From Thermodesulfobacteriota bacterium (lineage in GTDB: Bacteria; Desulfobacterota; Desulfobulbia; Desulfobulbales; SURF-16), in NCBI GenBank assembly GCA_040755455.1, contig JBFMAY010000002.1, positions 1-64,000 on the forward strand: 64,000 nucleotides of DNA, given 5' to 3'. A model generated the notes under the pieces. It did no database searches. It had not been told where the DNA came from and was given only the letters and a program-made list of their open reading frames with translations. The position numbers and the translations under genes were made by a program. Positions 8,981-19,280 of this stretch are shown piece after piece. Every line of letters starts with the position of its first letter. Position 1 is the stretch's first letter.

Positions 8981-10153
8981 ATGGCAGCCAATGAAATTAC
9001 CACTATCAATCCGATTCCGCCAGCAGCGCAACAAATTGCAAGCAGTAGCGCAGGAGGGGGGGCTTATGCCCGGCGGCTGAGCGGGGCGAAGCAGGTCCAG
9101 GCGGCGGCTGCCGCGACCCAGGAAGCGGATCCCATCCTGCAGAATGAGCTGATGATGAATGAGACGCTGCGAACCGTCAATTCCGCACCCGGCGGATTAA
9201 CGAATACCCCGCTGATCAAGGTGACGCCTCCGCCCCTGGCTGCCCCCGAGGCAACGCAGGGGAACATCATGCTGCAAAACGAACTGCTGCGTAACCAGGC
9301 CCTGCAGAATTTGAGTTATGTGTCCCAGCCGCAGGCAGATACGCTGCTGATCAATGAGACGCCTCCGCAGCTGGCGGCCGATGAAACCCTGCAAAACCTT
9401 AATGCCGTCCAGCAGAATGAGCTGCTGAGCAATCAGGCGCTGCTCAACTTGAACGTCACACCCCAGGGAACCACCCCCGCGGCAGAGGCTGCGGCAACCG
9501 CCAGGGTGACGTCAGCCGCAGCGGAAGCCCCTGCTGCCGCACCGCGGGTGGCGGAGCAGGCGGCGGCGGTGGCAGTCGCCGCGGTCGAAGCGGCGGCGGT
9601 TCCCACCCTTGCCGCGGGGGAAACCACAACCGTTCTGACGCCGACTCCCATTGCCGCCAGCTTTGCAGCCCAGCAATTTACCCCATTTCCGGTGCCGTTC
9701 TTTCTGCTGAATCCGGACAGGACTCCATACGTGCTGGCGGTTTATGAGACCAAAAACCCTAACCCTGATCGCGGAGAACCAGCACCGATCCCCAATGAAG
9801 TCCAGCCACCGCTGCCTGCCGGCAGGGCGCGGCCTGTTGGCAGGGCAGCCCTCAGACAGGCGTGGGCTAACTATCGGGCCAGGATATTTGAGGAAAATAC
9901 CCCTGCCGCCATAGCGCCGGCGGAAAGAGACCTCCGCCATGTGCTGACCCAGGTCAATGCGGACCTGACCGCCAACGGTCTTCCGCTTCATCTGGTTGTT
10001 ACCAAGAAGGAAGGGAGGTACGCCCTGAATGTTTATGACTGCTCCGATAATGAGGCCTGCCGGTTGACCCGTAATGTCCCCCTCACCTTTGAGGACGCGA
10101 CAATCACCAACCTGCAGCAGGAAACCGGCATTATCATCAATACCAGCTCGTGA
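8981..10153 (+). CDS. hypothetical protein with internal Gln/Asn repeats and a FlaG-like C-terminus
   Basis: Repeated QNELLxNQALxNL; Ala/Pro-rich linker; C-terminal helix-beta-beta region ending GIIINTSS resembles FlaG. Confidence 0.65.
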   Translation: MAANEITTINPIPPAAQQIASSSAGGGAYARRLSGAKQVQAAAAATQEADPILQNELMMNETLRTVNSAPGGLTNTPLIKVTPPPLAAPEATQGNIMLQNELLRNQALQNLSYVSQPQADTLLINETPPQLAADETLQNLNAVQQNELLSNQALLNLNVTPQGTTPAAEAAATARVTSAAAEAPAAAPRVAEQAAAVAVAAVEAAAVPTLAAGETTTVLTPTPIAASFAAQQFTPFPVPFFLLNPDRTPYVLAVYETKNPNPDRGEPAPIPNEVQPPLPAGRARPVGRAALRQAWANYRARIFEENTPAAIAPAERDLRHVLTQVNADLTANGLPLHLVVTKKEGRYALNVYDCSDNEACRLTRNVPLTFEDATITNLQQETGIIINTSS

Positions 10154-10261
10154 TGGCCATCCAGGGAGTCAGTTCGCCTTCGGCGCCCCCTCTCCCGCAA
10201 GCCGGTCAACAACGGAAAAAAGAACGCCGCTTTCTCCGCATGAGGTTCCTCCCCCACCCCT

Positions 10262-11080
10262 TCACTTGACAACATTGACCTGGGCCGGGCCGCGCTGTAC
10301 GGTCCGGTGGTATTCCACCGCCAGCGCGCCAAAGGCCATGGCATATCCCAGGGTGTGATTGGCCGGGATGCCGAGCCGCCCAACCAGGTCGGGGCAGAGG
10401 GAAACCACCATCATGAACAGGCCGTCCCACACCGTGCCGACCCCCCGGGCATGGGCCATGAGCTGGAAGGTGGTCAGGGCGATGTGGGTGTCCTGCACCG
10501 GACAGGGGGCGTCCTGCGGGGCGCTTGTCACCAGCAGATGGGGCGCCCCCCGGAAGATGACATCCTTGCCCCCCTCCTGCCAGGCTTTTACTGCCCGGCC
10601 GAGATACTGGCCGACAAAGCCCTCCGGCAATTGCCCGCTCTCCTTCAGTTGCGCCAGACGCGTCATCACCTCTGCCCGCAGGGTATTCATGACCGTCCGC
10701 TCCCTGACCACGGTGAACAGCACGCTGCGGGCGTTGACCCCGGTGGGGGCATGGCAGGCAATAGCCAGCAGCTCGTCAATGAGTTCCGGCGGCAGGTCCT
10801 CCTGCTGATAACGGCGCACGGACCGCCGCCCCTTGATCAGGGTTGCCAGCCGGGCAGGGTCCGGCATATTGCCGGCAAGCGGTTCGCTCTCATCGGGGTT
10901 TCTGCCGAGAATCGATATGGCGGCGGCCGGGCAGACGGCAAGACAGTGCTGGCACTGGAAGCAACCCTGCTCGTCGGTGATCTGCGGGAACTCTTCCAGG
11001 GTGATGACCCCGGCCGGACATTCAACCTCGCATTCGCCGCACTGGATGCAGCGCTCCTCATCAACGCGAAACTCGATCAT
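10262..11080 (-). CDS. nitroreductase family protein with N-terminal 2x[4Fe-4S] ferredoxin domain
   Basis: CIQCGECEVECP, CFQCQHCLAVCP, RRSVRRY and APTGVN motifs; ATG after GGAGG. Confidence 0.92.
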   Translation of the reverse strand: MIEFRVDEERCIQCGECEVECPAGVITLEEFPQITDEQGCFQCQHCLAVCPAAAISILGRNPDESEPLAGNMPDPARLATLIKGRRSVRRYQQEDLPPELIDELLAIACHAPTGVNARSVLFTVVRERTVMNTLRAEVMTRLAQLKESGQLPEGFVGQYLGRAVKAWQEGGKDVIFRGAPHLLVTSAPQDAPCPVQDTHIALTTFQLMAHARGVGTVWDGLFMMVVSLCPDLVGRLGIPANHTLGYAMAFGALAVEYHRTVQRGPAQVNVVK

Positions 11081-11211
11081 TGTAGCCTCCTTTTTTATGA
11101 ATTGTTCAATAAGCCCCAAGATAATCCGCACAGCGTATCGCCTGGACGGCATGAGCCCCCGTTTCCACCGATGGTGCCGCAATCAGCCTCATTGACCCAT
11201 CCGCATTCTCA

Positions 11212-11631
11212 TCAGCGCAATTGCGCGATCCACCCGGCCAGCAGCTTTTTCGCTTCAGCGGGGCGGGTGTAACTCTCCACCCGCAGGGCCGGGTTGCCGG
11301 CGATCATGGCCGAGAGGCGTTTGCCCTGCCCGGTCCGGTACAGGCAGAAGATCTTCTTGCCCAAGGACTGGGCCAGACCGATTTCATAGCCGACCCCCAG
11401 GGAGGGGGTGGAAACCTCGGCGATCACCAGATCAGCAACCGCCAGCCACTGCATATCCCGCTCGTAGATCTCCTGCTCGATTAAGAATTTCTCCTCCCGC
11501 AGCAGGCCGTCATCACCGACATGCTCGGTGAGCACCGTGCCGAATGTTTTCAGGTAAGAGATCAGCTGGGCATAGAGCCGGGCATCTTCACGCCCGCCCC
11601 GGATGGCCCCGGCAAAATAGATATTGAGCAT
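11212..11631 (-). CDS. nucleoside 2-deoxyribosyltransferase / DNPH1-like N-hydrolase
   Basis: IYFAGAIRGGRED, VLTEHV and AEVSTPSLGVGYEIG motifs. Confidence 0.92.
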   Translation of the reverse strand: MLNIYFAGAIRGGREDARLYAQLISYLKTFGTVLTEHVGDDGLLREEKFLIEQEIYERDMQWLAVADLVIAEVSTPSLGVGYEIGLAQSLGKKIFCLYRTGQGKRLSAMIAGNPALRVESYTRPAEAKKLLAGWIAQLR

Positions 11632-11714
11632 CCGCGTCCTCCGGTCCTGGGTCGATGGGAATTGGTTGGTATCCTGCATAAACGCGCCTCAGCGCCAAAG
11701 GGTTCCGTCCGGGA

Positions 11715-12290
11715 TTAATCCGCCATGAGCTGGCGCAGGGTCTGCCGCAGGAGAATGCGCTTGGCAGCCCAGGGCATGTCGGCAAATGGCATGGGTTGCC
11801 CGGCAGTCCTGTTTTCGAGCCGAAAGCACCAGAATCCGTTGTCCACCTCGAAAACCGGGCTGATTTCCTGAGGCGTCAACCGGCTGAGCTGTTGATCAAG
11901 CTCAGCAAGCGGATCAAGAAAACGGGGGCCAAGCCGGCCGCCAAGCTCTTTTGTCGCGCCCTGGGACATCTGGGCGGCCACTTGGGCGAAATCCTCGCCG
12001 GCCAGCAGACGTTCCCTGGCCTCGGCGCAGCGGTTTTCCTGCTCCTGCCAGCGCTCCGTGCCGTCCAGCCGATGGGCGAAACGGAAGATGCCGCTCAGCT
12101 CAGCACTCTCGGGCAGCATGACAGGTTCGCTCCGCAGCCGGGCCAGGGCCTGGGGAATGGTCTCGCTGACGGCCTTGGCAAATTCCTGCCGCCGTTCGTT
12201 CACGGCCCCGTCAAGGTCCGCCGCCGGCAGGGGGGGCAGCTTGCCGCCCATGGCCTTGGCCAGGATTTTCTTGAGCGGGTCATCTTGCAT
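11715..12290 (-). CDS. parvulin-type peptidyl-prolyl isomerase-like protein
   Basis: GEDFAQVAAQMSQGATKELGGRLG and ISPVFEVDNGF match the rotamase pattern; catalytic histidines look divergent. Confidence 0.7.
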   Translation of the reverse strand: MQDDPLKKILAKAMGGKLPPLPAADLDGAVNERRQEFAKAVSETIPQALARLRSEPVMLPESAELSGIFRFAHRLDGTERWQEQENRCAEARERLLAGEDFAQVAAQMSQGATKELGGRLGPRFLDPLAELDQQLSRLTPQEISPVFEVDNGFWCFRLENRTAGQPMPFADMPWAAKRILLRQTLRQLMAD

Positions 12291-12329
12291 GTCACTTGTT
12301 TCCTGAGGCACGCCCGGGGAGCAACTCGT

Positions 12330-13598
12330 TCAAAGGGGGATGAACTGGTCGCTGGAAAAGGAGATGAGGCCCCCGGTAACCCCGGTGTAGGCCGATATGG
12401 CCTCAGGGCCGTGCAGCAGATGGCCGAGACTGAACAGCGCAATGCCGTTATAGCCGTTGTTCCTGGCGATCCGGGCCTCCTCGGCAATCCGCCGGGAGTC
12501 CTTGATATAGGCGCCGAGCCCGGCCCAGATCCTGACCGGCGAGCCCGGCGTCTGGCCCGTGGCCACCTCGCGCAGCTGCGCCCCCACCCGCTGGCTGCTG
12601 CCGAAATAGGCCATGGGATACAGGGCGTCTATCTGCTCTGCGGCGGACCAGCTCCGCCAGTCCTGGCCGTTTTCCAGAAAGGCCTGTCCCGCATCCGCCA
12701 ATACGGCAACGGAGAGCTTGATGTCATCCCCGCCATGCTGTTTGATGGTCCGGCGCACCTCACTGAGCAGTTGCGACACCTGGGCGGCCCGCATCTCCTT
12801 CCAGTAAAGGGCCGCCGTGGTGAGAACCCGGTCCGCCGGGGACTGCCGGCCATGCAGCCAGTCAAAAACCACATCGCGGTTGAGATGGTCGGGCAGCAGA
12901 CGGGGGTCGAGGCCTATTTCTTGTGCAAACTCACGGCCAAGCGCGCCGCCGCGGCCAAAGGAGTCCCCCGGATAGCGGATAAAGTCAAGGTGAATGCCGC
13001 TGACCGGGTAACGGCTTACCAGCTCCCGCACCACCTGGAGAAAAAGCTTACGGTATTCGGGGGAGGCCGGGTCGGCGTACACCCCTTCCAGCCAGTTCAG
13101 TTTTTTGGCAAATTCGCTGTAATCGGTGAGGGGCCTGCCCTCATCATCGCCTAAAATCCAAGGCTGGGCCGGGGAACCGGGATGGGCCTGGTTTTCCGGC
13201 GGGACTGTATCACCCCACAGGTAATAGACATTGAGCCAGGCATGCACCGGCAGGGGGTCACAGCGGGCCAGGATCTCGGCCAGGGGATCAAAGCCGGGCG
13301 GTGCCCCGGCCAGGCTTTCGGGCCATGGCGCTATGTCGCTGCGGTAAAAGGCATCGGCCCGGCCCCGCACCTGGACCAGCAGTTCATCAAATCCTGCCTG
13401 CCTCGCCGCCGCGCAGGCCTCCTCAATCTTCTGCGGCGAATCCACATCATGACGGATGACCCAGGCAGCTGTCCTGGTCCTGGGGAAACAGGATGCGCAG
13501 CCCAGCAGCACAAGCAGGAGCAGCAGGAGACAGCGGCCGTTACCGCCACGGCGCGCAGCAGGTCTGGCCGGTTTTGTCGGATACTTGCGGGACATCAT
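12330..13598 (-). CDS. GHL10 (DUF187, YddW/DigH-like) glycoside hydrolase, probable lipoprotein
   Basis: VQVRGRADAFYRS, FDPLA, VHAWLN and GIHLDFIRYP motifs; hydrophobic leader ending in Cys. Confidence 0.88.
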   Translation of the reverse strand: MMSRKYPTKPARPAARRGGNGRCLLLLLLVLLGCASCFPRTRTAAWVIRHDVDSPQKIEEACAAARQAGFDELLVQVRGRADAFYRSDIAPWPESLAGAPPGFDPLAEILARCDPLPVHAWLNVYYLWGDTVPPENQAHPGSPAQPWILGDDEGRPLTDYSEFAKKLNWLEGVYADPASPEYRKLFLQVVRELVSRYPVSGIHLDFIRYPGDSFGRGGALGREFAQEIGLDPRLLPDHLNRDVVFDWLHGRQSPADRVLTTAALYWKEMRAAQVSQLLSEVRRTIKQHGGDDIKLSVAVLADAGQAFLENGQDWRSWSAAEQIDALYPMAYFGSSQRVGAQLREVATGQTPGSPVRIWAGLGAYIKDSRRIAEEARIARNNGYNGIALFSLGHLLHGPEAISAYTGVTGGLISFSSDQFIPL

Positions 13599-13674
13599 TG
13601 GTGTCTTTTAGGTTAACGGGATGGGACAAGCCTGCCGGCAGACAAATAACGACCGTCGCCAACAGAAAGGCTAT

Positions 13675-15228
13675 TCAAGCGCGCCCCGCCACCGGACAAG
13701 GGAGCACCACCTGAAAGCGCGCCCCTTTGTTTGGGACTGACGCCACGGTAATGGTCCCGTGGTGATTTTCCACTACCTTCTTGACGCTGTACAACCCGAT
13801 ACCGGTTCCTTTGCGGCTGCCGGGCACCTGAAAATACTGCTCAAAAATTTTTTCATGATATTCGTCGGCTATCCCGGGGCCATCGTCGGTAACGGTAAAA
13901 ACAATATCACTGTTATTTTGCCGCAACTCCAGGGCAATTGCCTGTTTCGCATATTTTGCCGCATTGCCGATCAGATTTTCCAGCAAGGTTTTCAACTGGC
14001 AACAGTCCCCGGTAAATCTGATTTCATCCAGGGTGTCCCAGGCGGTGCGGTCCAATCCGTTGATGGCAACGGCAATCTTCCGGTCTTCCAGTTCCGCCAT
14101 GAAGCTCGTGGTCACGGCAATGACCAGATCAACAAGGTCCAGCTCTTCCGGCTTGAAGATCCCCAGGGATGACTTGTCCCGCAGGTCCTTGGAAGTCGTC
14201 TCGATGGTATCCAGCAGCTGCTGGCAAGATTTCTCGATGGTCTTCAGGTATCTTTCCACATCCTCCTGGGATTTTGCCTTGCCGGCCAGCAGTCGCCGGG
14301 TGAAGCCCTGGATGGGCGTCACCGGCCCCTTCAGATCATGAATGAGCACCGAGATGAATTTTTCCCGCTGCCGGTTCAAGGCCTCGGTGCGGATCTTCAC
14401 CAGATCTTCAAGATGAAGGCGGTACTCTTCCAGCTCCTTTTCGCTCTGGCGGCGCATCGCAACCATGTCATTGATGTTTTTGCCGAGCAGGCCGATCTCA
14501 TCTTTTTCGCTGTAATCGACGGACACCGACAGGTCACCGTGGGCGATCCGGTCCACCTTCCGGGCGAAATCGGCAAGGGGGCCGGTGATGCTTCTGGTGA
14601 TGGACACGGCGGCAACGAGTCCGATAATGATGGACAATATATCGATGATGATGAAGGTGTTGCGCGTTGTCACGTAGGTATGCAGTGCCTTTTCATAGCT
14701 GGTGGCGGCATATTTTTTCTGCAGAATGACCATGTCGTTCAGGCTGTCCAGCCATCCCCACTGCCGGCTTCGCACCTCCTGCACCAAAAATTTAATCCCT
14801 TCCTCCCCCCTGTTGGCCAGGCCGAGGGCAATGACCTGATCCCATAACTGTCTGGTTTCTTCCTGCCCTTTGATGATCCGTTGGAGAATCGCCCTGCCTT
14901 CCTCATCCTTGACTATTTCGACAAGTTTCGCATTGGCCATGGCATAGTCTCTTTCCTCTTTTTCAATGCGGGTCAGTTCAAATTCCTTATCAGCCTGCTC
15001 CTGCAGCAGCAGGATATTCCTGATGATAACCGCCTTATGCCGGGCGAGAAACCGCATCTCCTGGGCGAGTTCAACCTTCACATTATTTTCGTTGATGATC
15101 TCTTCCATGCCCCTTTTGATCTTTCCAATGCTCACAAATTCAATTATCCCGAGCACGATAATGATAAGGGAGAAGATGGCTATGATTATCCCTATTCTTA
15201 AGGAAATTTTGTAATTACGGAAAAACAT
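13675..15228 (-). CDS. membrane sensor histidine kinase (four-helix-bundle sensor, HAMP, HisKA, HATPase)
   Basis: Two TM segments; HAMP DEIGLL; H-box IHDLKGP; ENLIGNAAKY, DDGPGI and GTGIGL motifs. Confidence 0.93.
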   Translation of the reverse strand: MFFRNYKISLRIGIIIAIFSLIIIVLGIIEFVSIGKIKRGMEEIINENNVKVELAQEMRFLARHKAVIIRNILLLQEQADKEFELTRIEKEERDYAMANAKLVEIVKDEEGRAILQRIIKGQEETRQLWDQVIALGLANRGEEGIKFLVQEVRSRQWGWLDSLNDMVILQKKYAATSYEKALHTYVTTRNTFIIIDILSIIIGLVAAVSITRSITGPLADFARKVDRIAHGDLSVSVDYSEKDEIGLLGKNINDMVAMRRQSEKELEEYRLHLEDLVKIRTEALNRQREKFISVLIHDLKGPVTPIQGFTRRLLAGKAKSQEDVERYLKTIEKSCQQLLDTIETTSKDLRDKSSLGIFKPEELDLVDLVIAVTTSFMAELEDRKIAVAINGLDRTAWDTLDEIRFTGDCCQLKTLLENLIGNAAKYAKQAIALELRQNNSDIVFTVTDDGPGIADEYHEKIFEQYFQVPGSRKGTGIGLYSVKKVVENHHGTITVASVPNKGARFQVVLPCPVAGRA

Positions 15229-15460
15229 TATCGCATTACCTTAGGCGTTAGGCAGAGTAACGAGGTGACCTGTTGATTTAATTACTATAACCCGGAGGCG
15301 CGGGAGCGTCCACATCATATTGGCGGAACCGCTATGTTGCAGGTCGCTATGCGCGGGTAAGGTTTTTTGGCGGATCAGGCGGTTTTTTCCACTATGCCGG
15401 GCAAAGCAGTCAAGCAGCCCGTGCGTCCCGGCTGAGAGGGAAAAGCCGGGCGCAGGGCAA

Positions 15461-18211
15461 TCAGTGCTTCGTCACCTTGTAGGCAGAGGTCTTATCGTCA
15501 AAGGTGATGGTATAGGTCCCTGCCCCCTGGCTGATCGGGATATCCGCGCCAAAAGAGTCCGCCTTGCCGTCCCGCAGGGGGTTGTCGCCATAGTTGTCCG
15601 TCCAGTCGCCCCGCACGTCGAACTTGAAACGCTCGTCCGGCCCGTCGCCGAACAGCACGTGGTCGGCCTGCCAGGTGAAATCGGCCTTCAGGACCATGGG
15701 CATGGCCTGCCAGTTATTGCAGGTGCCCCGCAGGAACAGCGTCGGCAAGCTGTGTTTGAAACGGGGGGCGTAGCGGTCGCGGACAACCTGGCAGGAGTCC
15801 CAGATATTGCGGTCGGTCAGCGACCGCACCAGCTTGATGTACTCCGCATGGGCCCAGGCAAGCGGCGTCGCGCTGTCGGTGCCTTCACCCACCGCATAGT
15901 GGTGGGTCGAGTTATCTCCCACCCCGTCGAACACCTGCTCCGGCAGCATTAGCCCCTCGTTGGCAAAATGCTCCATGGCCCGGACATAGGTGGCCTTCAG
16001 TTCGTTAAGCTGCTGCTGGGTGATCTGCCCGTGGTTCTCCGCCTTGATCCGTTCCAGCTCATAATGGCCCCGCTCCCCGGTAAAGAGCGGCCACACCCGG
16101 CCCCGCTGCTGAGGGTCGCCGCCGCTGTAATTGCCGCCGTTGGCCGTGCTTTCGCCGTAGCCGTCGTTGCCGTAGCGCCGCCAGCCTGGAAACCCGGCCT
16201 GCCCGGCAAAGGTGAAGTCATACTTCACCCGCAGATTCTCCGGCAGGTCCATGGCGTCGAGCTCAGGCAGCGAATCGAGAATAGCGGCGTCATTGGCCGC
16301 CAGCACCCCGTAACGGACCAGCTCGAGAAAACCGGCATCCAGCACCTCCTGTTCATTGATGGCGGGCCGGCCGTTGCTGCCGACGATCTGCCCCCGGTCG
16401 TCGGGGTTGTCGTTTGTCGTGATGCGCAGAAAATATCGGCCGTTTTTCTCCCCGCCGGTCAACACCCCGCTGGTGGTGAACAGGGTGGCAATGAGCTTGC
16501 CGGCGAAGGCATCTGCTTTTGCCTCATACCAGGCGGCAGCGCCCGGATCATGGACCTGGCGGGCGATGTCGGCCGCCACCAGCAGGCCGGTGATGATAGC
16601 CGCCTCGGTAGAGGGCGAAAAACCTGACTGCTCTTCCCAGCGCTCCATCCTGGTCCACGGCGGCTGCACGGTGTATTCCTCGCTGTGGCCCTGGGCAAAA
16701 GTCACCTTGACATGGCCGCCATTGGCGAGAAACTCGGCGGCCGGTTTCACCATCGGCCAGTAGCTGCCGACCAGGTCATCGTCGGACAATAGCCCGTTCT
16801 TCCACAGCTTCCAGCCGAGCATGATGGGCATGGCGGTCTGGTCCATTTGGATCTGCAGCCACTCCAGACGGCCGTCCACCTGGGTCTTCTGCAGAAACCA
16901 GCCAGGCCGGCTGCTGTCGATGGTGATGCCGTCCCGCTCCACATGGCTGGACTGCACCTGCACCCTGGGCAGGTAATCAAAGGCGACCCGCGGCGTCTCC
17001 CGGTCGCCCAGGGCCAGCAATGCCATGGCGCACTGGTAGAAATCCCGGGGCCAGACGGCGCGATAGCCGGTGGCGTATTCGTTGGCCGTGGAGGTATCAC
17101 CCCAGGGGATGGAAAGCGAGGCGATGAGCGCGCCGGGGTTCTGCTTGTCCTCCAGGGCCTTCAGCACCATGGCGCTGGCATAGAGCAGTCTGCCGTTGTC
17201 GCCGGTGGCGCCGACCATCTCCGGCAGGCGGTACAGCGAGTTCAGGTAATCCTCCCAGCCCACGGCCAAACCTGCGCCGTTATACTTGGCGAGCAGGGCT
17301 TCATAACCTTCCTTGAGGGAGCCATCGGCCGCGGCCATGGCCTCCTTGTGGGTGGCGCCGAAGCCCACCGCCAGATCAAAGGTGGCGGTCTGACCGGCAT
17401 TGAGCGTTGCCAGCCTGGCCATCATCGCCACATCGCCGCCGCCGTCGTCGGCATAGTCGTAATCCCAGTCCATCACCCCGTTGTCGTGCAGATCCTGCCA
17501 GCCGTCGGAGCTGCCGACAAAGCCGGCGGACATCCGCTCAAGGCTCGCCGTGCTGCGCAGGCTTAAGAAAAGTTCATGCGCCTGCCGCGCGTTGAGATAG
17601 CCCCCGCCCTGCTGGTCCCGGCCGACATAGGCCACATCGTAGCGGCCGGAATTGCCCATATGCGGATTGATGAGAATATAGGGGGTGATATTGTCTTCCC
17701 TGGCCGTGATGCTGACCCGCACAAAGAGGGTCTGCCGGTCCGGATCGGTGAAGATGCTTTTTTCGATGGCGTACTTGTTGTCCCTGTCCGTATTGGTCAC
17801 CCGGTAGGCCAGGGAGGTGGGGCGGCCTGCTGCGTCGGTTGCCAGATATTCTATCCGGTGATCGGTCGCGGTTTTTTCCTCGTCAAAAAAACCGGGACCG
17901 GTCACCAGCAACTGCAGATCCTTGATCTGGGCCGCGTCGATCCTGCCATAGGCGGTTTCCGTGACGATACCCTGGGCGATGGAGAACCACACCCTGGAAA
18001 CAGGCCCGCTGGGGCCGGTGTCGCTGTACCGTCGATCCACATAACGTTCATACGAGGTGCCGATACCGGTTTTTCCCGCATAGGTCCAGGTGGCGTTGTC
18101 CTGGGCCTGTTGCGCGCCAGGCGCCCCTCCGGCCGCAAAGGCCGGTGATGCGGCAAGGAACACCGCGCCAATCATTGCCGCAAGAATACTGCATGTCTTC
18201 TGTCTGCTCAT
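15461..18211 (-). CDS. secreted glucoamylase (GH15) with glucodextranase N-domain and C-terminal starch-binding-like module
   Basis: Signal peptide; ASLSIPWG, VWPRDFYQ, QMDQTA, ERWEE, LPEQV and SATPLAWAHAEY motifs; LFLRGTCNNW...FKFD C-terminal module. Confidence 0.92.
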   Translation of the reverse strand: MSRQKTCSILAAMIGAVFLAASPAFAAGGAPGAQQAQDNATWTYAGKTGIGTSYERYVDRRYSDTGPSGPVSRVWFSIAQGIVTETAYGRIDAAQIKDLQLLVTGPGFFDEEKTATDHRIEYLATDAAGRPTSLAYRVTNTDRDNKYAIEKSIFTDPDRQTLFVRVSITAREDNITPYILINPHMGNSGRYDVAYVGRDQQGGGYLNARQAHELFLSLRSTASLERMSAGFVGSSDGWQDLHDNGVMDWDYDYADDGGGDVAMMARLATLNAGQTATFDLAVGFGATHKEAMAAADGSLKEGYEALLAKYNGAGLAVGWEDYLNSLYRLPEMVGATGDNGRLLYASAMVLKALEDKQNPGALIASLSIPWGDTSTANEYATGYRAVWPRDFYQCAMALLALGDRETPRVAFDYLPRVQVQSSHVERDGITIDSSRPGWFLQKTQVDGRLEWLQIQMDQTAMPIMLGWKLWKNGLLSDDDLVGSYWPMVKPAAEFLANGGHVKVTFAQGHSEEYTVQPPWTRMERWEEQSGFSPSTEAAIITGLLVAADIARQVHDPGAAAWYEAKADAFAGKLIATLFTTSGVLTGGEKNGRYFLRITTNDNPDDRGQIVGSNGRPAINEQEVLDAGFLELVRYGVLAANDAAILDSLPELDAMDLPENLRVKYDFTFAGQAGFPGWRRYGNDGYGESTANGGNYSGGDPQQRGRVWPLFTGERGHYELERIKAENHGQITQQQLNELKATYVRAMEHFANEGLMLPEQVFDGVGDNSTHHYAVGEGTDSATPLAWAHAEYIKLVRSLTDRNIWDSCQVVRDRYAPRFKHSLPTLFLRGTCNNWQAMPMVLKADFTWQADHVLFGDGPDERFKFDVRGDWTDNYGDNPLRDGKADSFGADIPISQGAGTYTITFDDKTSAYKVTKH

Positions 18212-18233
18212 TGGCAACCACCCTCTCCCAGCA

Positions 18234-19151
18234 TTAGATACCGAACTTTTTCGTGTTAACCCACTCCATGCTCAGCAGGGACCAGAAGTCCAGGGCCAGC
18301 TTGTGTTCCACATAGGCATACGGCAGCCAGCCGTAGCCTTTATCACCCCAAGCCGCACCCCATGAATTACGGATGAGCAGAGCGCCGGTTGTAACCCGGT
18401 TGCACATGGTGTTGGTGATTTTCATGCCGTCGTCGTAGCCAACCGCGACGATGGCATGGCCCCACTGGGCCCGCTCGCCGTCACAGGGAAAGGCAATACC
18501 GCCCTGCACATCTGCCGATGCGCACGAGGGAAAGCCCCAGAAGCCGAACATGGAGGGAATGCCGGCGGCAAGATATTTCTTGACGCTGGCCAGCACTTTA
18601 TTGCCCTGGACATTGGCTTGGGGGTCATGGCAAAAGTAGCGCAAGGCCTCATAATTGTCTGCCACGGCATAGACAAAACTCGGCGGTTCCCGGTCAAAGT
18701 CAGGATCGGCATCGGTATACGGCCAGTATTTCTCGTTCGGGATACCGCAAAGCACAAGCGCGCCCATGGTGTTTCTCAGCCAGGCGCCGGTGTCTCCCGT
18801 CACCTGCATGAGGTTGCGTGTCACCTTGTAGACGAAGAGGCGTGACCCCTGAAGATAACTGACATGGGCCCGGCGCTGATAATACTCGACAATGCCGACC
18901 CCGGCATGGGCCGTGCAAGACTGCAGGCCTTGCTGATTCTCCACCGGCGAACACCACTTCCTGAGATCCGCCTTGGCCGGCAGGGAGGGGGCCTCCTTTT
19001 TGGCGGCCGCCACTCCCAGCTTTTTGGCCATCGCGGCGATCTCCGGTTCCGTTTCCGTATAATCCTGCAGATCGGGCACCGGGGGCAGCCAGCCCGTGCC
19101 CACCCATTGTTCCGTTTCCGACAGATAAACCAGAGGATTAACAGGCAGCAT
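18234..19151 (-). CDS. papain-like C1 family cysteine peptidase
   Basis: QQGLQSCTAH (Gln/Cys), GHAIVAVGY (His) and IRNSWG (Asn) motifs. Confidence 0.93.
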   Translation of the reverse strand: MLPVNPLVYLSETEQWVGTGWLPPVPDLQDYTETEPEIAAMAKKLGVAAAKKEAPSLPAKADLRKWCSPVENQQGLQSCTAHAGVGIVEYYQRRAHVSYLQGSRLFVYKVTRNLMQVTGDTGAWLRNTMGALVLCGIPNEKYWPYTDADPDFDREPPSFVYAVADNYEALRYFCHDPQANVQGNKVLASVKKYLAAGIPSMFGFWGFPSCASADVQGGIAFPCDGERAQWGHAIVAVGYDDGMKITNTMCNRVTTGALLIRNSWGAAWGDKGYGWLPYAYVEHKLALDFWSLLSMEWVNTKKFGI

Positions 19152-19280
19152 ACCATTTCTCCTTTTGCGTCCCGGCTGTTGGTAATGGTCTTCTTCGGTG
19201 GCCGGTTGCACCTGATAATCATATTATGGCAACAAATCTTACATCTCACTTACACCAAGCAGCTGGCCAAAATTTTTTCA

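Noticed and set aside
19160..19215. GGGACGCAAA on the minus strand resembling a c-di-GMP-I riboswitch
   Set aside because: Lacks the GNRA-capped first stem and the second hairpin; runs straight into the peptidase RBS.
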